Assembly (NCBI GenBank): GCA_947084805.1
Contig: CAMTUD010000028.1
Location: 2,053 to 66,052, forward strand
From: an uncultured beta proteobacterium
GTDB taxonomy: Bacteria > Pseudomonadota > Gammaproteobacteria > Burkholderiales > Burkholderiaceae_C
Length of the DNA: 64,000 bases
Direction of reading: 5' to 3'
Under the pieces are notes generated by a model. That model was not told the DNA's origin. It saw nothing but the letters and a program-made list of their open reading frames with translations, and ran no database searches. Every line of letters starts with the position of its first letter. The stretch's first letter is position 1. The translations under genes were made by a program, and so were the position numbers. Shown one piece after another: positions 37,888 to 48,096 of this stretch.

Positions 37888-39495
37888 GTGGCACCGCCTT
37901 CCGTCGCTGTCGACAACGGTCGCGTCGCCGGCCTGGCCCTGGGGCCGGTGCTGTTGGGCGTGCTGGTGTTGGCGGCCACCTTGCGCTGGTTCGGCTACAC
38001 GGGCTTCATGGGGTCTGACGAAGTCATCTACCTCCAGAGCGCATTTCGCATTCTTGACGGCGACTGGACGGTCGATCGTTACGTTGGCGCCAGCCGCCTG
38101 GGTGTGAATCTGCCGATGGCCGGGTTCGGTTGGCTGCTCGGGCGCGGCGAGTTGGCTGCAGCAGCCTATGGCTATCTGGCCTCGCTCGCCGAGGTGGGCC
38201 TGGTCGTCTATGTGGCTCACCGCATGTTTGGCGGCCGGGTGGCCCTCTTCGCCGGGCTGCTGATTGCCAGCCTGCCCGGCCACGTGCACACGGCCGGGCG
38301 CATCGTTGCTGACCCCGCGCTTTGCCTGGCCATCACCGGCGCCTTTGTGCTCTTCTTCGAGGGTGAGCGGCGGAACTGGCCCTTGGGCTATTTCCTCGCC
38401 GGTCTCTGCGCTGGCTTCAGCTTCTGGGTCAAGCCGGTCACGATGTTCGTGTTCGGCGTCCTGCTCGCCTATCCGCTCATCGTCCGGCGCTGGAACAGCC
38501 AGTGGCTGTGGATGGGACTGGGCGTGCTGCTGGCCATGGCGGCGAACGGGGCCCTGATGGCGGCACTGACCGGCGACTTCTGGTTCGTGTTCGAGACGAT
38601 TCGCGAGCGCCGCCAGAGCGGCTATCTCGAGCAGGGCATCGGCGCCGGCGGCATGGCTGACGACCCTTACTACTACTTGATCTTCCTGTTCGCAAAGCTG
38701 TACCACACCGGCCTGCTCGGCCCGCTCGCCCTGCTCGGCGTCGCCGCGCTGGCGCGCCCACGTCGACAACCCGAAGGGCGCCTGGGCGCGGGCTTCCTCC
38801 TGCTGTGGGGCGTGGGCTTGTTGCTGATCCTATCGCTGCTGCCGGTGTCGCTTCGGCCGTTGATATTCGTGCCGAAGCAGACCAACTACATGCTGATCTT
38901 CGTGGCCCCGTTCTGCGTGATGGGGGGCTACGCGTTGTCGCGACTGCCTGCCCGGCTGGGCCATGCTGCGGCCGCGACCGCGGTCGCTACGGGCATCGTC
39001 TTTGCGATGTTGCTGCAGGCGTCGATCACGGTGTTCACCGCCAACAGCTTTGCCACGCTCAGCTACATCCAGAATCACCCGACGGCGGGCTTCCACGTCA
39101 TGACCAACGCAGCGCAGGCAGCGGCCTTCCAGCAGCAGATAGGCGGAGCGGATCTCACCCCCCGCTTGCTCGAGTCGACCAAGGCCTTGGTGCAAGGGAG
39201 CGTCGCACCACTCCAAGGCGCGATGACCGAACGCCTGGCCGTCGTCGACGAGCAAACCTTCCGTTGGGACGGCTCGCGCCCGTTCGCGCGACCGCAGGAC
39301 ATCCCGACCTGCTGGGAGTCCGTCGAAGAGATCCGGGGTACGGCCCAAGGCGCCGGTGTATGGCTGCTGCACCATGTCGCGCTGCCTGCGGCGCGCGCCC
39401 TGCCCGCGTGGGGGTCAGGGCTGGTCGCCAAGCTTCAGGCGCTGGCCGACCCGGCGCCGGCGCGGGTATACCGCGTACCCCCCACCGGATGCTGA
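37888..39495 (+). CDS. ArnT/PMT-like GT-C integral-membrane glycosyltransferase
   Basis: About 11-13 TMs, DE motif in the first loop (GSDEVIY), A.F..K motif, periplasmic C-terminal domain. Confidence 0.8.
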   Translation: MAPPSVAVDNGRVAGLALGPVLLGVLVLAATLRWFGYTGFMGSDEVIYLQSAFRILDGDWTVDRYVGASRLGVNLPMAGFGWLLGRGELAAAAYGYLASLAEVGLVVYVAHRMFGGRVALFAGLLIASLPGHVHTAGRIVADPALCLAITGAFVLFFEGERRNWPLGYFLAGLCAGFSFWVKPVTMFVFGVLLAYPLIVRRWNSQWLWMGLGVLLAMAANGALMAALTGDFWFVFETIRERRQSGYLEQGIGAGGMADDPYYYLIFLFAKLYHTGLLGPLALLGVAALARPRRQPEGRLGAGFLLLWGVGLLLILSLLPVSLRPLIFVPKQTNYMLIFVAPFCVMGGYALSRLPARLGHAAAATAVATGIVFAMLLQASITVFTANSFATLSYIQNHPTAGFHVMTNAAQAAAFQQQIGGADLTPRLLESTKALVQGSVAPLQGAMTERLAVVDEQTFRWDGSRPFARPQDIPTCWESVEEIRGTAQGAGVWLLHHVALPAARALPAWGSGLVAKLQALADPAPARVYRVPPTGC

Positions 39496-39696
39496 CCCTC
39501 GTATGGAGGCACTACCACCGGGTGTGGGCGGCGTGAGCAATTCGGCGCAATATGGTGAGCGATGCGCGCGTGTCCCGGCCCAGAAGACCTGGACGCGCCA
39601 CAATTACGGCCTGCTGACCGACCACAGCGGCGATCGTCTTGCCGCTGTGCGTGATCGCCTCCTCCACCACTTGCATAGCGCCGCCCGCCTCTGCCA

Positions 39697-40536
39697 ATGA
39701 AGCCTCCCGACTCCACCGTTGACCGGCCCGCCGTGCCGGAGGGCTTCGACACCAGCTCGCACCGTGGCTTCTTCGACTACTACAAGGAGCAGAGCGAGTC
39801 GCCACAGTCGATGCAGCGATTCGCCGACATCGCCGACGTGGTGCTGCGGGTGGCTCGTGGGGCAGGAGAGCCGCGTGCGCTCGGTGTGCTGGACATTGGC
39901 TGCGGCGCGGGAACCCAGTACCGCTTCTGGACGCAGCACGGGCATCGCTACCACGGCTTGGACATTAATGAACCCTTGATCAACCTGGCGCGTGAACGCA
40001 GCGCGAGCCGCGGAGATGGCGCTCGGTTCGACGTGGCTTCAGCCACGAAGCTGCCCTTCGACGACGGCAGCTTTGACGTCTGCGTGCTGCCCGAACTGCT
40101 CGAACATATCGAAGACTGGAAGTCTTGCCTGGCCGAAAGCACTCGCGTGCTGCGCCCGGGGGGCATCCTTTACATCAGCACCAGCAACTGGCTGTGCCCT
40201 GTGCAGCAGGAGTTCAGCCTGCCTGGCTACAGTTGGTATCCGGCGTTCGTCAAGCGCTACGTTGTCCGCCGTGCACTCGACGACTGGGGTCACGTTGTCA
40301 GTCACGCAAAGTACCCCGCCGTGCATTGGTTCAGCTTTTATCAGCTCCGACGCTTTCTCTCCGTACGCGGCTTCGATGCGATGGACCGCTTCGACGTGAT
40401 GCGCCTCGAGCGCAAGTCGGCCGCGGCAAGGCTCGTCGTGGGTGCAATCCGCCGCTTCCCGCCGCTGCGCCTTCTCGGGCAGATGCTGACACCGTACACC
40501 GTCGTTGTTGCGCGGCGGCAGCCGGCCTCTGGTTGA
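39697..40536 (+). CDS. Class I SAM-dependent methyltransferase
   Basis: VLDIGCGAG, LPFDDGSFD, LEHI, RVLRPGG. Confidence 0.92.
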   Translation: MKPPDSTVDRPAVPEGFDTSSHRGFFDYYKEQSESPQSMQRFADIADVVLRVARGAGEPRALGVLDIGCGAGTQYRFWTQHGHRYHGLDINEPLINLARERSASRGDGARFDVASATKLPFDDGSFDVCVLPELLEHIEDWKSCLAESTRVLRPGGILYISTSNWLCPVQQEFSLPGYSWYPAFVKRYVVRRALDDWGHVVSHAKYPAVHWFSFYQLRRFLSVRGFDAMDRFDVMRLERKSAAARLVVGAIRRFPPLRLLGQMLTPYTVVVARRQPASG

Positions 40537-40537
40537 A

Positions 40538-41731
40538 ATGCCCGCCGCGGCCTTGTCGCCCGCTTCCAGGCGCACGATCCCGGACGAGCGTCCCTTGGTC
40601 ATGCACGTCATCTTCAGGCTGGCCGTCGGCGGGCTGGAAAACGGCGTCGTGAACCTGATCAATCATATGCCGGCGGACGCCTACCGCCATGCGGTGGTCT
40701 CGTTGACCGATGTCACCGACTTCAGCCAGCGCATCCGCGCGCTCGACGTACCCATCGTCGCGTTGAACAAGGCTCCGGGTCATGGGTTCTGGCTCTACCC
40801 GCGCCTGTACCGGCTGTTCCGCCAGTTCAGGCCGGCGGTGGTGCACACGCGTAACCTTGCAGCGCTCGAGGCCGTGGTACCGGCCTGGGCGGCGGGCGTG
40901 CCCGCGCGCGTGCACAGCGAACACGGGCGCGAGGGCATCGACCTCGACGGCGCGCGCTCGCCCTATCACCGCGTTCGGCGCCTTTATCGGCCCTTCGTCA
41001 GCCACTACGTCGCGCTTTCGAGCGAGCTCAAGAACTACCTTCGCGATGTGGTCCACGTGCGGCCAGACCGCTTGAGCCAGGTCCACAACGGCGTCGATTG
41101 CGACAAGTTCTCGCCCGCCCAGGGTCTCGTTCCTGCCATCGCTGGCTGCCCGTTCTCGCCGCGCGAGCATTGGCTGGTGGGCACGGTCGGCAGGATGCAG
41201 CCCGTGAAGGATCAGGTCACGCTGGCCAGGGCGTTTGTACGCGCCCTTGAACTCGAGCCTGCGCTGGCGCAACGCATGCGCCTGGTGCTGGTCGGCGACG
41301 GCCCGTTGATGCCGCAGGTCGTCGACGTGCTGCGCTCCGCAAGCGTCGAGCACCTTTGTTGGCTGCCCGGTGAGCGTACCGATGTCGCCGACGTGATGCG
41401 AGGCCTGCACGCGTTCGTGTTGCCGTCGATCTCGGAAGGAATTTCCAACGTCGTTCTCGAAGCGATGTCGGCCGCCTTGCCCGTGATCGCCACGCAAGTC
41501 GGTGGCAACCATGAACTCGTCGACGCCGGGCGCACCGGCGACCTGGTGCCTCCTGCAGATCCCCATTCGCTGGCGCTGGCGCTCGTCCGCCTCGCGGCCG
41601 ACCCGCAGCGCGCGGCTGCCATGGGCAGGGCCGGACGCGCAGATGCCGAAGCGCGCTTCAGCATGCAGGCCATGGTCGCGTCGTACCGCAGCCTGTACGA
41701 CCGCCTGCTCGCTCGTCCCGAAGCGGCCTGA
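40538..41731 (+). CDS. GT4 glycosyltransferase, PEP-CTERM/XrtA-associated
   Basis: GGLENGVVNLIN, VHTRN, HSEHG, EGISNVVLEAM. Confidence 0.92.
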   Translation: MPAAALSPASRRTIPDERPLVMHVIFRLAVGGLENGVVNLINHMPADAYRHAVVSLTDVTDFSQRIRALDVPIVALNKAPGHGFWLYPRLYRLFRQFRPAVVHTRNLAALEAVVPAWAAGVPARVHSEHGREGIDLDGARSPYHRVRRLYRPFVSHYVALSSELKNYLRDVVHVRPDRLSQVHNGVDCDKFSPAQGLVPAIAGCPFSPREHWLVGTVGRMQPVKDQVTLARAFVRALELEPALAQRMRLVLVGDGPLMPQVVDVLRSASVEHLCWLPGERTDVADVMRGLHAFVLPSISEGISNVVLEAMSAALPVIATQVGGNHELVDAGRTGDLVPPADPHSLALALVRLAADPQRAAAMGRAGRADAEARFSMQAMVASYRSLYDRLLARPEAA

Positions 41732-41736
41732 CCAGC

Positions 41737-43680
41737 ATGTGCGGAATCGCCGGGTTGTTCGATACGCAGGGCGCCGGTCAGGTAGACCGCGCCGCGCTGA
41801 CGCGCATGAACGACTCGCAGCACCACCGCGGCCCCGACGAGGGCAGCCTGCATGTGGAGCCGGGTCTGGGTCTGGGCCACCGCCGGCTGTCGATCATCGA
41901 CGTGGCCACGGGTCAGCAGCCCCTCTTCAATGAAGACGGCAGCGTCTGCATCGTCTTCAATGGCGAGATCTATAACTTCCAGGACCTGGTGCCCGAGTTG
42001 CAGGCGCTGGGCCACGTGTTTCGAACGAAGAGCGACACCGAGGTCATCGTCCATGCCTGGGAGGCCTGGGGCGAAGACTGTGTCAAGCGGCTGCGTGGCA
42101 TGTTCGCCTTCGCACTGTGGGACCGCAACCGCCAAACCCTGTTCCTTGCGCGCGACCGCCTGGGCGTCAAGCCGCTCTTCTATGGCCTGCTCGACAACGG
42201 CCTGCTGCTGTTCGGCTCGGAACTGAAGTCGGTGCTGGCGCATGGTGGCTTGCGCCGCGACGTGGACCCGCTGGCCATCGAAGAGTACTTTGCGCTCGGT
42301 TACGTGGCCGAGCCGCGCACGATCTTCACGCAGGCGAAGAAGCTCTCGCCGGGCTTCACGCTGACCTGGCGGCGGGGTCAACCCGAACCGCAGCCGCGTT
42401 CCTACTGGGATGTGGAGTTTTCGCTCGGTCATCAGATCGGCGTCGACGACGCCTGCGACGAACTGCGCGCGCGGCTGCGCGAGTCAGTGAAGTTGCGCCT
42501 GATCTCGGAGGTGCCACTCGGCGCCTTCCTTTCTGGCGGTGTCGACAGCAGCGCAGTGGTCGCGACCATGGCCGGCCTGTCCGATGCGCCGGTGCGCACC
42601 TGTTCCATCGCTTTCGACGACCCGAAGTTCAACGAGGCGGCCTTTGCCCAGACCGTCGCCGATCGCTACCGCACCGACCACCACGTCGAGACGGTGAAAA
42701 GCGACGACTTCGATCTCATCGACACGCTCGCGCATCTGTACGACGAACCGTATGCCGACAGTTCGGCGATACCGACCTACCGCGTGTGCCAGCTGGCGCG
42801 CCAGCGCGTGACGGTGGCGCTGTCGGGCGACGGCGGCGACGAGGCCTTCGGCGGCTACAGCCGTTACCGCAGGCACCTGACCGAAGAGCGCATGCGCGCC
42901 GCACTGCCCTTCGGGCTGCGCCGACCCCTGTTCGGCGCGCTGGGGCGGCTCTACCCGAAGGCCGACTGGGCGCCACGGGTCTTCCGTGCCAAGAGCACCT
43001 TCGAGGGCATGGCACGCACCGCGGTCGAGGCCTATTTCCACGAGATGTCGATCTTCCGCCGCCCCATGCGCGACCAGCTTTTCAGCCCGAAGCTCAAGCG
43101 GGCGCTCGGCGGCTACGACGCGCAGCAGGTGTTCGACCGCCATGCCCTCCAAGCGCGGACCGACGACCCCTTGGCCCGAATCCAGTACCTCGATCTCAAG
43201 ACTTATCTCGTCGGCGACATCAACACCAAGGTCGACCGCGCCAGCATGGCCCACTCGCTCGAGGTGCGCGAACCGCTGATGGATCACCAGCTGATCGAGT
43301 GGCTTGCCACGCTGCCTTCCTCGCTGAAGGTGCGTGGGTCGGAGGGCAAATTCCTGCTCAAGAAGGCGATGGAACCGGCACTGTCCGACGACATCCTGTA
43401 CCGGCCCAAGATGGGGTTCGCCGTGCCGCTGGCGCGCTGGTTTCGCGGGCCGCTGAGGCAGCGTGTGCGCGATGCCGTCCTCGGCGATCGCCTGCTCGGC
43501 ACAGGCTGGTTCAACGAAGGCTACCTGCGCCATCTCGTGGACGCCCACCAGAGCGGCCGCCACGACTACAGCGCGCCGCTGTGGACCCTGCTGATGTTCG
43601 AAGCCTTTCTTCGACAGGGCATCGATGACCGTGTCATGACAATGCCAGCCCGTCCCACCACGGCCGAGGCCGTGGCCTGA
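41737..43680 (+). CDS. AsnB-type glutamine amidotransferase, XrtA/PEP-CTERM system
   Basis: N-terminal MCGI (Ntn Cys), HRGPD, FNGEIYN, LSGGVDS, SGDGGDE. Confidence 0.93.
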   Translation: MCGIAGLFDTQGAGQVDRAALTRMNDSQHHRGPDEGSLHVEPGLGLGHRRLSIIDVATGQQPLFNEDGSVCIVFNGEIYNFQDLVPELQALGHVFRTKSDTEVIVHAWEAWGEDCVKRLRGMFAFALWDRNRQTLFLARDRLGVKPLFYGLLDNGLLLFGSELKSVLAHGGLRRDVDPLAIEEYFALGYVAEPRTIFTQAKKLSPGFTLTWRRGQPEPQPRSYWDVEFSLGHQIGVDDACDELRARLRESVKLRLISEVPLGAFLSGGVDSSAVVATMAGLSDAPVRTCSIAFDDPKFNEAAFAQTVADRYRTDHHVETVKSDDFDLIDTLAHLYDEPYADSSAIPTYRVCQLARQRVTVALSGDGGDEAFGGYSRYRRHLTEERMRAALPFGLRRPLFGALGRLYPKADWAPRVFRAKSTFEGMARTAVEAYFHEMSIFRRPMRDQLFSPKLKRALGGYDAQQVFDRHALQARTDDPLARIQYLDLKTYLVGDINTKVDRASMAHSLEVREPLMDHQLIEWLATLPSSLKVRGSEGKFLLKKAMEPALSDDILYRPKMGFAVPLARWFRGPLRQRVRDAVLGDRLLGTGWFNEGYLRHLVDAHQSGRHDYSAPLWTLLMFEAFLRQGIDDRVMTMPARPTTAEAVA

Positions 43681-43690
43681 GCTTGTACCG

Positions 43691-44911
43691 ATGCGCATCC
43701 TGCACGTTCTCGACCACTCGATCCCGCTGCACAGCGGCTACACGTTCCGCACCCTGGCCATCTTGCGCGAGCAGCGACGCCTTGGCTGGGAGACGGTGCA
43801 GATGACCACGCCCAAGCAGGGCCCCGGCGCGGCGCGTGAGGAGACGCTGGACGGTCTGAAGGTTTACCGTACGCCGAGCATCGAAGGCGTCGGCCTGCCG
43901 ACACAGATGCGACTGACGGCCGCGCGCATTGCCGAAGTGGCGCGGGCCGAGAAACCCGATCTGATTCACGCCCACTCGCCGGTGCTGAATGCGTTGCCGG
44001 CGTTGTGGGCGCGCAGGTCGCTGCAGCTGCCCGTGGTCTACGAGATGCGTGCTTCGTGGGAGGACGCCGCGGTCGACCATGGCACCACCGCCGAAGGAAG
44101 CGCGCGCTACAGGCTGTCGCGGGCGATGGAAACCTTCGCACTGAAGCGCGCCGACCAGGTCACCACCATCTGCGAGGGGCTGCGTGGCGACATCGCGGTA
44201 CGCGGCATTCCCGACGCGAAGGTCACCGTCATTCCCAACGCGGTGGATGTCGCCGACTTCAAGTTCGGCATGCCGGCCGACGCGGCGCTTCGGCAGCGCC
44301 TGGGGCTGGAGGGTTGCACCGTGCTCGGTTTCGCGGGTTCGTTCTATGGCTACGAGGGCCTGAGCCTGCTCGTGGAGGCCTTCGCCCGCATGCTGCCGCG
44401 GCGCCCGCTTCTGCGCTTGTTGTTGGTGGGCGGTGGGCCGCAGGAAGAGGCCCTGAAGGCCCAGGTTGCGGCTGCCGGGCTGCAGAAAGAGGTCATCTTC
44501 ACCGGGCGCGTGCCGCACAACGAGGTGCAGCGCTACTACGAGCTGATCGACGTGCTGGCCTATCCGCGGCTGCCGATCCGCCTGACCGAACTGGTGACCC
44601 CCTTGAAGCCCCTCGAAGCCATGGCGCAGGGCCGCATCTTCGTGGCGAGCGACGTCGGCGGGCACCGCGAGTTGATCCGCCATGGCGAGACCGGCTTCCT
44701 GTGCCCGCCCGGCGACGCGGCGGCCTTGTCGACGGCGCTCGACGACGTGCTCGCGCGCGCGCCAGAGTGGCCGCTGATACGCGAACAGGCCCGACGCTAC
44801 GTGGAGCGGGAACGCACCTGGACCCACAGCGTGGCCAGGTACGCCGAGGTCTACCGCCGCGCGCTGCTCGGTCGCGGCCGCGCCGTGCCCGCGACGCTGG
44901 CCACCGACTGA
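43691..44911 (+). CDS. GT4 glycosyltransferase, exosortase A-associated
   Basis: LHVLDHSIPLHSGY, WEDAAVDHG, TPLKPLEAMA. Confidence 0.92.
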   Translation: MRILHVLDHSIPLHSGYTFRTLAILREQRRLGWETVQMTTPKQGPGAAREETLDGLKVYRTPSIEGVGLPTQMRLTAARIAEVARAEKPDLIHAHSPVLNALPALWARRSLQLPVVYEMRASWEDAAVDHGTTAEGSARYRLSRAMETFALKRADQVTTICEGLRGDIAVRGIPDAKVTVIPNAVDVADFKFGMPADAALRQRLGLEGCTVLGFAGSFYGYEGLSLLVEAFARMLPRRPLLRLLLVGGGPQEEALKAQVAAAGLQKEVIFTGRVPHNEVQRYYELIDVLAYPRLPIRLTELVTPLKPLEAMAQGRIFVASDVGGHRELIRHGETGFLCPPGDAAALSTALDDVLARAPEWPLIREQARRYVERERTWTHSVARYAEVYRRALLGRGRAVPATLATD

Positions 44912-44917
44912 ACCCTC

Positions 44918-46864
44918 ATGTGCGGCATCCACGGCCTCATTCACCTCGACGGCAAGCCGGTCGAGTCCCGCTGGCTCACGGCGATGGGCAACGTCACCCA
45001 GCACCGAGGGCCCGACGACGAGGGCCAGCACATCGACGGCGACTGCGGCATCGCGATGCGGCGCCTGTCGATCATCGACCTGTCCGGCGGGCACCAACCC
45101 ATTTCCAATGGCGACGGCAGCTTGACCGTCGTCTGCAATGGCGAGATCTACAACTACCGGGAACTGCGCGCCGAACTGCAGTCCAAGGGCTTCCGTTTCA
45201 AGACCGGGTCTGACAGCGAGACGCTGCTGCACGGCTACGACGCCTGGGGCGACGAGGTCGTGCACCACCTCAACGGCATGTTCGACTTCGCGCTGTGGGA
45301 CGCGCGCCGGCGCCGGCTCCTGATCGGCCGCGACCGCCTGGGCGTCAAGCCGCTGTACGTGATGCAGGACGGTCGGCGCCTCGCCTTCGCCACCGAGGCC
45401 AAGGCGCTGCTGCAGCTGCCCGACGTTCGCACCGAGCTCAACCGCGACGCGCTGCCCGACTACCTGCACCTGGGTTACGTGCCTGCACCGCTGTCCATCT
45501 TCAAAGGCATACGCAAGTTGCCGCCGGCCACGCTGCTGGCCGTCGAAGGCGGCCGCACGCGCGAGTGGCGCTGGTGGCGCATGCCGACCACGATCGACCA
45601 CCAGACCAGCGAGACCGAGTGGGTGCAGCGCATCCGCGCGGGCATCGATCGAGCGGTCCATGCGCAGATGGTGAGCGACGTGCCCATCGGCGCGTTTCTC
45701 TCGGGCGGCGTCGACTCCAGCGCCGTGGTCGCCGCGATGGCTGGCCACAGCGACCAGCCCATCCGCACCTATGCCATCGGCTTCGAAGGCGGCGCTGCCG
45801 AACGGCTCTACAACGAACTGCCCCATGCGCGCCGTGTGGCGGAGATGTTCAAGACCGAGCATCACGAGATCGTCGTCAGGCCCGATGTCGTCGGCTTGCT
45901 GCCGAAGCTCGTGTGGCACATGGACGAGCCAATCGCCGACTCGGCCTTCATCACGACCTATCTCGTCAGCGAGTTCGCTCGCCGCGACGTCAAGGTCATC
46001 CTGTCGGGCGTGGGCGGCGACGAGTTGTTCGGCGGCTACCGCCGCTACCTGGGCGGGCACTACGCGCAGCGCTTCAACGCCCTGCCGGGCTGGGCCCGTC
46101 GCGTGGCCAGCGCAACGGCGCAGCGGCTGCCGGCCGACCGGCACAACAAGTGGCTGAACGTGGCTCGCTTGGCCAAGGGTTTCGTGGCCAGCGCCGAGAT
46201 GGACGCCGACGAGCGTTACCGAAGCTACCTGCAGGTGCTGACACGCCAGACGGTGGCGTCGCTCATGTTGACCCCGCCACCCCCGGGCGACGACCGCCTG
46301 GCCGCAGCCTTCGCCATGGCGGGGCGCGACGACGAGCTCAATCGCATGTTCGCGGTGGACGCCGAGACGCAGCTGCCCGATGACCTGCTGCTGCTGACCG
46401 ACAAGATGAGCATGGCCGTGTCGCTGGAGTGCCGCGTACCGCTGCTGGACCACGAGCTGGTCGAGATGGCTTCGTCCATTCCGGGGGCGCTGAAGGTCAA
46501 GGGCGGCCGGCTGAAGCACCTGATGAAGGCGGCGCTCACGACGACCTTGCCCGACGACATCCTGCATCGCGCCAAGCGTGGCTTCGGCACGCCGATGGGG
46601 GCCTGGTTGAAGAAGGAACTGCTGGCGGTTGTGCGCGAGCTGCTGTCACCGGCTGTCGTCAGGCAGCGCGGCCTGTTCAATCCTGCAGCCGTTTCCGCGC
46701 TGCTGGACGACCACGAGGCGAACCGCAGCGACGGCACCGACGCGCTTCTGGCCTTGTTGAACCTCGAGGTCTGGAGCCGGGTCTACCTCGACCGCCGCGA
46801 GCCGGGTGATGTGGCCGAAGAGCTTCGCCGCCTAGCCGGGCCAGAGTTGAAGGCGGCGGCATGA
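44918..46864 (+). CDS. asnB: Second AsnB-type amidotransferase
   Basis: MCGI, HRGPD, NGEIYN, LSGGVDS, SGVGGDELFGGY. Confidence 0.9.
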   Translation: MCGIHGLIHLDGKPVESRWLTAMGNVTQHRGPDDEGQHIDGDCGIAMRRLSIIDLSGGHQPISNGDGSLTVVCNGEIYNYRELRAELQSKGFRFKTGSDSETLLHGYDAWGDEVVHHLNGMFDFALWDARRRRLLIGRDRLGVKPLYVMQDGRRLAFATEAKALLQLPDVRTELNRDALPDYLHLGYVPAPLSIFKGIRKLPPATLLAVEGGRTREWRWWRMPTTIDHQTSETEWVQRIRAGIDRAVHAQMVSDVPIGAFLSGGVDSSAVVAAMAGHSDQPIRTYAIGFEGGAAERLYNELPHARRVAEMFKTEHHEIVVRPDVVGLLPKLVWHMDEPIADSAFITTYLVSEFARRDVKVILSGVGGDELFGGYRRYLGGHYAQRFNALPGWARRVASATAQRLPADRHNKWLNVARLAKGFVASAEMDADERYRSYLQVLTRQTVASLMLTPPPPGDDRLAAAFAMAGRDDELNRMFAVDAETQLPDDLLLLTDKMSMAVSLECRVPLLDHELVEMASSIPGALKVKGGRLKHLMKAALTTTLPDDILHRAKRGFGTPMGAWLKKELLAVVRELLSPAVVRQRGLFNPAAVSALLDDHEANRSDGTDALLALLNLEVWSRVYLDRREPGDVAEELRRLAGPELKAAA

Positions 46865-48096
46865 ACGTCCTCTACGTCTGCCACCGCTTTCCATACCCGC
46901 CCAAGCGCGGCGGAAAGATCCGCCCGTTCAACATGATTCGGCACCTTCAGGCTGCAGGGCACGAGGTCACGGTCTGCTCGCCGGCGCGTTCGCCGGCCGA
47001 AGCCGAGGAAGGGCGTGGCATTGCGCCGCATTGCGCCGCATTCGAGGTCGGGCTGGTCAATGAGCCGGTGCAGTGGGCGCGCATGATCGCGCGTCTGCCC
47101 CTTCTGACGCCATCGTCGATGGGCTACTTCTACAGCGCCGACCTCGCCGCCAAGGTGCGGCGCCAGCTCGCCAGTCGGCACTGGGACCTGATCTTCGTCC
47201 ACTGTTCTTCCGTGGCGCAGTACGTGGCGCATGTGCGTGATGTGCCCAAGATCCTCGACTTCGGCGACATGGACTCGCAGAAGTGGCTGGAGTACGCGAA
47301 CTACAAGCCCTTTCCGCTGTCCATGGGCTACACGCTCGAGGGCACCAAGATGTTGCGGGCCGAAAAGCAGCTGGCCCGTCGTTTCGACGTCTGCACCGCC
47401 ACCACGCGGGCTGAGTGGCAAACCCTGGAGGATTACGGCACGGGTGCCGTCACCGACTGGTTCCCGAACGGGGTGGACGCGCAATTCTTCAGCCCGGATG
47501 CCGCTGCGGGCGGTGCCTATGACGCCGACACCATCAGTTTCATCGGCCGCATGGACTACTACCCGAACCAGGAGTGCATGCAACGTTTCTGCCAGACCGT
47601 ATGGCCGCTCGTGCGCGCGCGGCGCCCGGAAATGAAGCTGCTGATCGTCGGCGCCGATCCTTCGCCGCAGATGAAGGCGCTGGGCACGCTGCCCGGTGTC
47701 ACGGTGACGGGCAGCGTGCCCGATGTGCGGCCTTATATCCGGGCTTCGGCGTTGATGGTCGCGCCGCTGGCCATCGCGCGTGGCACGCAGAACAAGATAC
47801 TCGAAGCCATGGCCATGGGCGTGCCCGTGGTCACCAGCCGTGTCGCTGCCGGTGGCGTGGACGCCGAGGCCGACAAGCACCTACTCGTTGCAGACACGCC
47901 GGAAGAAATCAGCACGGCCATCCTGCGAATTGCCAGTGACGGGGTCGAGCGCGCGCGCCTGTCCCAGGCCGGCCGCGAGCGCATGCTCAGCCACCACGCC
48001 TGGTCGCGGTCGATGCAGCGCCTGGAAGGCATCATCGAAGCTTGCGTCAGCAAGTTTGCCCAGAAGAACTCCACCCCCATCCGGACGCCCGCATGA
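46861..48096 (+). CDS. GT4 glycosyltransferase, PEP-CTERM/XrtA-associated
   Basis: HRFPYPP..GGKIR, D.DSQKW, ARGTQNKILEAMA. Confidence 0.92.
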   Translation: MNVLYVCHRFPYPPKRGGKIRPFNMIRHLQAAGHEVTVCSPARSPAEAEEGRGIAPHCAAFEVGLVNEPVQWARMIARLPLLTPSSMGYFYSADLAAKVRRQLASRHWDLIFVHCSSVAQYVAHVRDVPKILDFGDMDSQKWLEYANYKPFPLSMGYTLEGTKMLRAEKQLARRFDVCTATTRAEWQTLEDYGTGAVTDWFPNGVDAQFFSPDAAAGGAYDADTISFIGRMDYYPNQECMQRFCQTVWPLVRARRPEMKLLIVGADPSPQMKALGTLPGVTVTGSVPDVRPYIRASALMVAPLAIARGTQNKILEAMAMGVPVVTSRVAAGGVDAEADKHLLVADTPEEISTAILRIASDGVERARLSQAGRERMLSHHAWSRSMQRLEGIIEACVSKFAQKNSTPIRTPA

